Assembly: GCA_046294735.1 (NCBI GenBank)
Contig: JBKBKB010000003.1
Location: 228,921 to 292,920 of the forward strand
Origin: Sphingomonadaceae bacterium
Lineage (GTDB): Bacteria > Pseudomonadota > Alphaproteobacteria > Sphingomonadales > Sphingomonadaceae
Length of the DNA: 64,000 nt
Reading direction: 5' to 3'
Numbering within the stretch: the first letter of the stretch is position 1; each line of letters opens with the position of its first letter. A model generated the notes under the pieces. It did not search any database. It worked only from the letters and a program-made list of their open reading frames with translations, and had not been told where the DNA came from. Position numbers and translations under genes: made by a program. Positions 60,841-64,000 of this stretch are shown in pieces.

Positions 60841-61607
60841 AGCAGGCTCGCCAGCCCCTCGCGATAGGTGGGATAGCGCGGCTGCCAGCCGAGCACCCGC
60901 TTCGCCTTGCCATTCGCCACCCGGCGGTTCTCGGCATAGAATCCCAGAGCCATGGGGGAGAGGTTGGCTTCCTCCAGAGATTGCAGCGGTGGCGGCGCGT
61001 GGCCGAGCAGGCGGCAGGCGTGCTCGATCACCGCGTTCTGGCTGCACGGCAGATCGTCGGCCAGGTTATAGGTGCCCGGCGGCCCGCCGAGCCCGGCCAG
61101 CACCCCGGAAACGATATCATCGACATGAACCCGGCTGAATACCTGCCCCGGCAGTTCGATCCGCTGCGCCCGCCCCTGCCGGACCCGGTCCAGCGCGCTC
61201 CGGCCCGGGCCATAGATCCCGGGCAGGCGAAACACCCGCGCGCCCCCCGCCAGCCAGCGGGCGTCCGCATCGCTCCGGGCGGAGCGGCGCCCGGTGCCAA
61301 TCTCAGCGCTTTCGTCGACCCAGGCCCCTTGCGCGTCGCCATAGACGCCGGTCGAGGACAGGTAGCCGAGCCATTCCTGCGTCAGGCAGTCCCCATAGCG
61401 GTCCAGCACCGGATCGCTGTCTCCCGTCGGCGGGACCGAAGACAGGACATGACTGGCCCGGCCCAGGGCGGCCCGAACCGCAGCCTCGTCGTCGAAGGCG
61501 ATTCCGCCTGCCCGCCCGGTTGCCTCGACGGACCATCCGCGCGCCACCAGCGCGTCCCTCACGCGCGAAGCGGTGTAACCGAGACCGAAGATGAGCAGGT
61601 GCGGCAA
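60831..61607 (-). CDS. SDR / NAD-dependent epimerase-dehydratase-like protein
   Basis: Rossmann N-terminus LLIFGLGYTASRV. Also YLSSTGVYG and RVHVDDI. I prefer TTG 61607 (GGAAGGA 9 nt upstream); the track start 61688 and ATG 61649 are alternatives. Confidence 0.68.
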   Translation of the reverse strand: MPHLLIFGLGYTASRVRDALVARGWSVEATGRAGGIAFDDEAAVRAALGRASHVLSSVPPTGDSDPVLDRYGDCLTQEWLGYLSSTGVYGDAQGAWVDESAEIGTGRRSARSDADARWLAGGARVFRLPGIYGPGRSALDRVRQGRAQRIELPGQVFSRVHVDDIVSGVLAGLGGPPGTYNLADDLPCSQNAVIEHACRLLGHAPPPLQSLEEANLSPMALGFYAENRRVANGKAKRVLGWQPRYPTYREGLASLLQA

Positions 61608-61647
61608 GCCGTGGCATCCTTCCAAAAAAGTGATTAGGGACGCCGCC

Positions 61648-64000
61648 ATGGATATTGCAACCCCTCCGCAGCCCGATGGCACCGCCATTCTCGCCGATGC
61701 CGCGCCGACCCCGCACGAACCGCCAGTGATCCGGCGCGAGGATTACCGCCCGTTCGGCTGGCTGGTGCCGGACGTTTCGCTCCGGTTCGACCTTGGTCTG
61801 GACCGCACCCGGGTGCACGCCGCGCTGACCGTGCAGCGCAATGCCCGGGCCGACCACAGCGACTCGATCCGGCTCAACGGCGACGGACTGGTGGCGCGCT
61901 CGGTCATGGTTGATGGTGAGCCCTGCACCGGCTGGAGCATGGACGGCGGCGACCTGGTGGTGCCGCTGCATGGCGACAGCCACCTGATCGAGGTCGAAAC
62001 CGAGATCGATCCATCGGCCAACACCCAGCTGATGGGGCTTTATGCCTCAAGCGGCATGCTTTGCACCCAGTGCGAGGCCGAAGGGTTCCGCCGGATCACC
62101 TTCTTCCCTGACCGGCCCGATGTGCTGTCGGTCTACACCGTGCGGATGGCGGGGCCGAAGGCACAGTTCCCGGTGCTGCTGTGCAACGGCAACCAAGTGA
62201 CGACCGGTGACAAGGATGACGGCACCCACTGGGCCGAATGGCACGATCCCTGGCCCAAGCCGAGCTACCTGTTCGCGCTGGTGGCGGGCGACCTGGTCGC
62301 CAACTCGCGCTGCTTCACCACGTGTGGCGGCCGCAATGTCACGCTCAACATCTGGGTCCGCGCCGAAGACCTGCCGCGCACCGATCATGCACTCGAATCT
62401 CTCGCCCGGTCGATGCGCTGGGACGAGGAGGTGTTCGGCCGTGAATACGATCTCGATCTCTACAACGTGGTCGCGGTGAGCGACTTCAACATGGGGGCGA
62501 TGGAAAACAAGGGCCTCAACGTCTTCAACACCAAGTATGTGCTGGCGGATCGCGAAACCGCCAACGACGCCGATTATGATGCGATCGAAGGGGTGATCGC
62601 GCACGAATACTTCCACAACTGGTCGGGCAACCGCGTCACCTGCCGCGACTGGTTCCAGCTCTCCCTCAAGGAAGGCTTCACGGTGCTGCGTGACCAGCTG
62701 TTCAGTCAGGATATGCAGGGAGAGGCGGTCAAACGGATCGAGGACGTGCGGGTGCTGCGCCAGGTCCAGTTCCCCGAGGACAGCGGCCCGCTGGCCCACC
62801 CGATCCGGCCTGACAGCTTCCGCGAGATCTCCAACTTCTATACCGCCACGGTCTACAACAAGGGGGCTGAGGTGATCCGCATGATGCGGACAATGTGCGG
62901 GCCTGAAGCGTTCCGCCGGGGCACTGACCTGTATTTCAGCCGCCACGACGGCGAGGCCGCCACCTGCGAGGATTTTGTCCGCGCGATCGAGGAAGGCGCC
63001 GGGCTCGATCTGGCCCAGTTCCGCCTGTGGTATTCGCAGGCCGGGACACCGAAGGTCGAGGTCAAACTCACGCACGACGGCCAGACTGTCACCTTGCACC
63101 TGCGCCAGACCGTGCCGCCGACACCGGGCCAGCCTGACAAGAAGCCGATGCCGATCCCGCTGCGGCTTGCCCTGTTCGACCGCACCAGCGGCACGCACCG
63201 GGGCGAGGAACTGGTGGTGTTCGACCGGGCCGAGGCGAGTTACCACTTTGCCGGGTTTGACGCGCTCACGGTGCTGTCGATCAACCGCGGCTTTTCCGCA
63301 CCGGTGGCGATCGAGCGCCACGTGCCAGACGAGGACCTGCTGTTCCTTGCCGCGCACGACGACGACCCGTTCGCCCGTTACGAGGCGATGCAGGAACTGC
63401 TGGTCGGCCATTTGACCGCCGCCAGCGGTGATGGTCTGGATGATGCCGCCCGGGCCAGCGGGCGCGCTGCTATCCGCACGGCTTTCGCGGCGGTGCTGGC
63501 AGATGATGCGCTTGACGATTCGATGCGGGGCGAACTGATTACCCTGCCGGGCCATGGCTATCTCGCCGAGCAGCAGCTCGTCGCCGATCCTGCGCGCATC
63601 CACGCCGAGCGTGAGGCGCTCAAGGCCTGGCTCGGGCGCGAGCTGGAGGCCGACCTTCTCGCCACCCACCGCCGTGCGGCGGCCGTGCCCTTCGCACTCG
63701 ACCGTGCGGCCAAGGGCGCGCGCAAGATCCGCACCCAGACGCTGGTCTACCTCGCCGCGGGCAACCCGGCGCTGGCCTCGGACCTGGCGGGTGCGCAGTA
63801 CGATGGCGCCACCAACATGACTGACCGGCAGGGCGCCTTGATGGTACTGGCCGGTCTGGAAACCCCGGCGCGCACCGCATGCCTGCTGGATTTCTACAAC
63901 CGCTTTCGCGACAACAATCTGGTGATCGACAAATGGTTCAGCCTGCAGGCGCTTTCGCTCCACCCGCAGGTGCTGGAGCACGTCAAGGTGCTGGCCGGAC
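61648..64000 (+). CDS. pepN: Aminopeptidase N (M1 family), 3' end beyond the window
   Basis: Not in the track because there is no stop codon inside the window. Has GAMENKGLN and HEYFHNWSGNRVTCRDWFQLSLKEG (the HExxH-18-E zinc site). The 644-aa minus-strand ORF 62047..63981 is its antisense artefact. Confidence 0.95.
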   Translation, partial: MDIATPPQPDGTAILADAAPTPHEPPVIRREDYRPFGWLVPDVSLRFDLGLDRTRVHAALTVQRNARADHSDSIRLNGDGLVARSVMVDGEPCTGWSMDGGDLVVPLHGDSHLIEVETEIDPSANTQLMGLYASSGMLCTQCEAEGFRRITFFPDRPDVLSVYTVRMAGPKAQFPVLLCNGNQVTTGDKDDGTHWAEWHDPWPKPSYLFALVAGDLVANSRCFTTCGGRNVTLNIWVRAEDLPRTDHALESLARSMRWDEEVFGREYDLDLYNVVAVSDFNMGAMENKGLNVFNTKYVLADRETANDADYDAIEGVIAHEYFHNWSGNRVTCRDWFQLSLKEGFTVLRDQLFSQDMQGEAVKRIEDVRVLRQVQFPEDSGPLAHPIRPDSFREISNFYTATVYNKGAEVIRMMRTMCGPEAFRRGTDLYFSRHDGEAATCEDFVRAIEEGAGLDLAQFRLWYSQAGTPKVEVKLTHDGQTVTLHLRQTVPPTPGQPDKKPMPIPLRLALFDRTSGTHRGEELVVFDRAEASYHFAGFDALTVLSINRGFSAPVAIERHVPDEDLLFLAAHDDDPFARYEAMQELLVGHLTAASGDGLDDAARASGRAAIRTAFAAVLADDALDDSMRGELITLPGHGYLAEQQLVADPARIHAEREALKAWLGRELEADLLATHRRAAAVPFALDRAAKGARKIRTQTLVYLAAGNPALASDLAGAQYDGATNMTDRQGALMVLAGLETPARTACLLDFYNRFRDNNLVIDKWFSLQALSLHPQVLEHVKVLAG

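Overview
High-GC (about 60-65% by eye) chromosomal core region of an alphaproteobacterium. The PhyR/NepR/EcfG locus, a candidate BcerS-like gene and the overall gene content suggest Sphingomonadales. All family calls come from reading motifs in the translated ORFs, because no HMM or BLAST search could be run. About 58 coding genes are supported. They include:
- PHA metabolism at two places (phaC and phasin at 0.7-3.4 kb; a MaoC-like dehydratase, a thiolase and phaZ at 34-38 kb).
- clpS and lptFG.
- The general-stress-response (GSR) locus phyR / CHASE-HWE kinase / nepR-ecfG at 9.6-13.1 kb.
- sodB, glmM, thiD and gltBD.
- A glycosyltransferase plus an O-antigen-ligase-like pair flanking a large Pro/Ala/Phe-rich disordered membrane protein.
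- An ABC exporter, an M13 peptidase, uppP, phhA and ppk2.
- An acyl-CoA operon (ACAD, CoA-transferase, thiolase, hydratase).
- recQ, then terC-usp divergent from an SPFH-RHH-bPH membrane cluster, then ltaE, eamA and pepN (3' partial).

I found no rRNA, tRNA, CRISPR array, transposase, integrase or recognisable defence system. Many long ORFs in the track are antisense artefacts of the high GC content.

No clearly new multi-gene system stands out. The most interesting signals are regulatory or small:
- A candidate ~88-nt C-rich-loop sRNA beside phyR, with an EcfG-like promoter.
- More GGAAC-N16/17-CGTT promoters that extend the GSR regulon.
- A 12-mer, TTGTGCANTGCA, found by eye only at the PHA gene promoters.
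- A long structured terC leader.
- A low-GC islet carrying a chloramphenicol-phosphotransferase-like kinase.
- A tandem-GNAT (BcerS-like?) gene paired with a desaturase.
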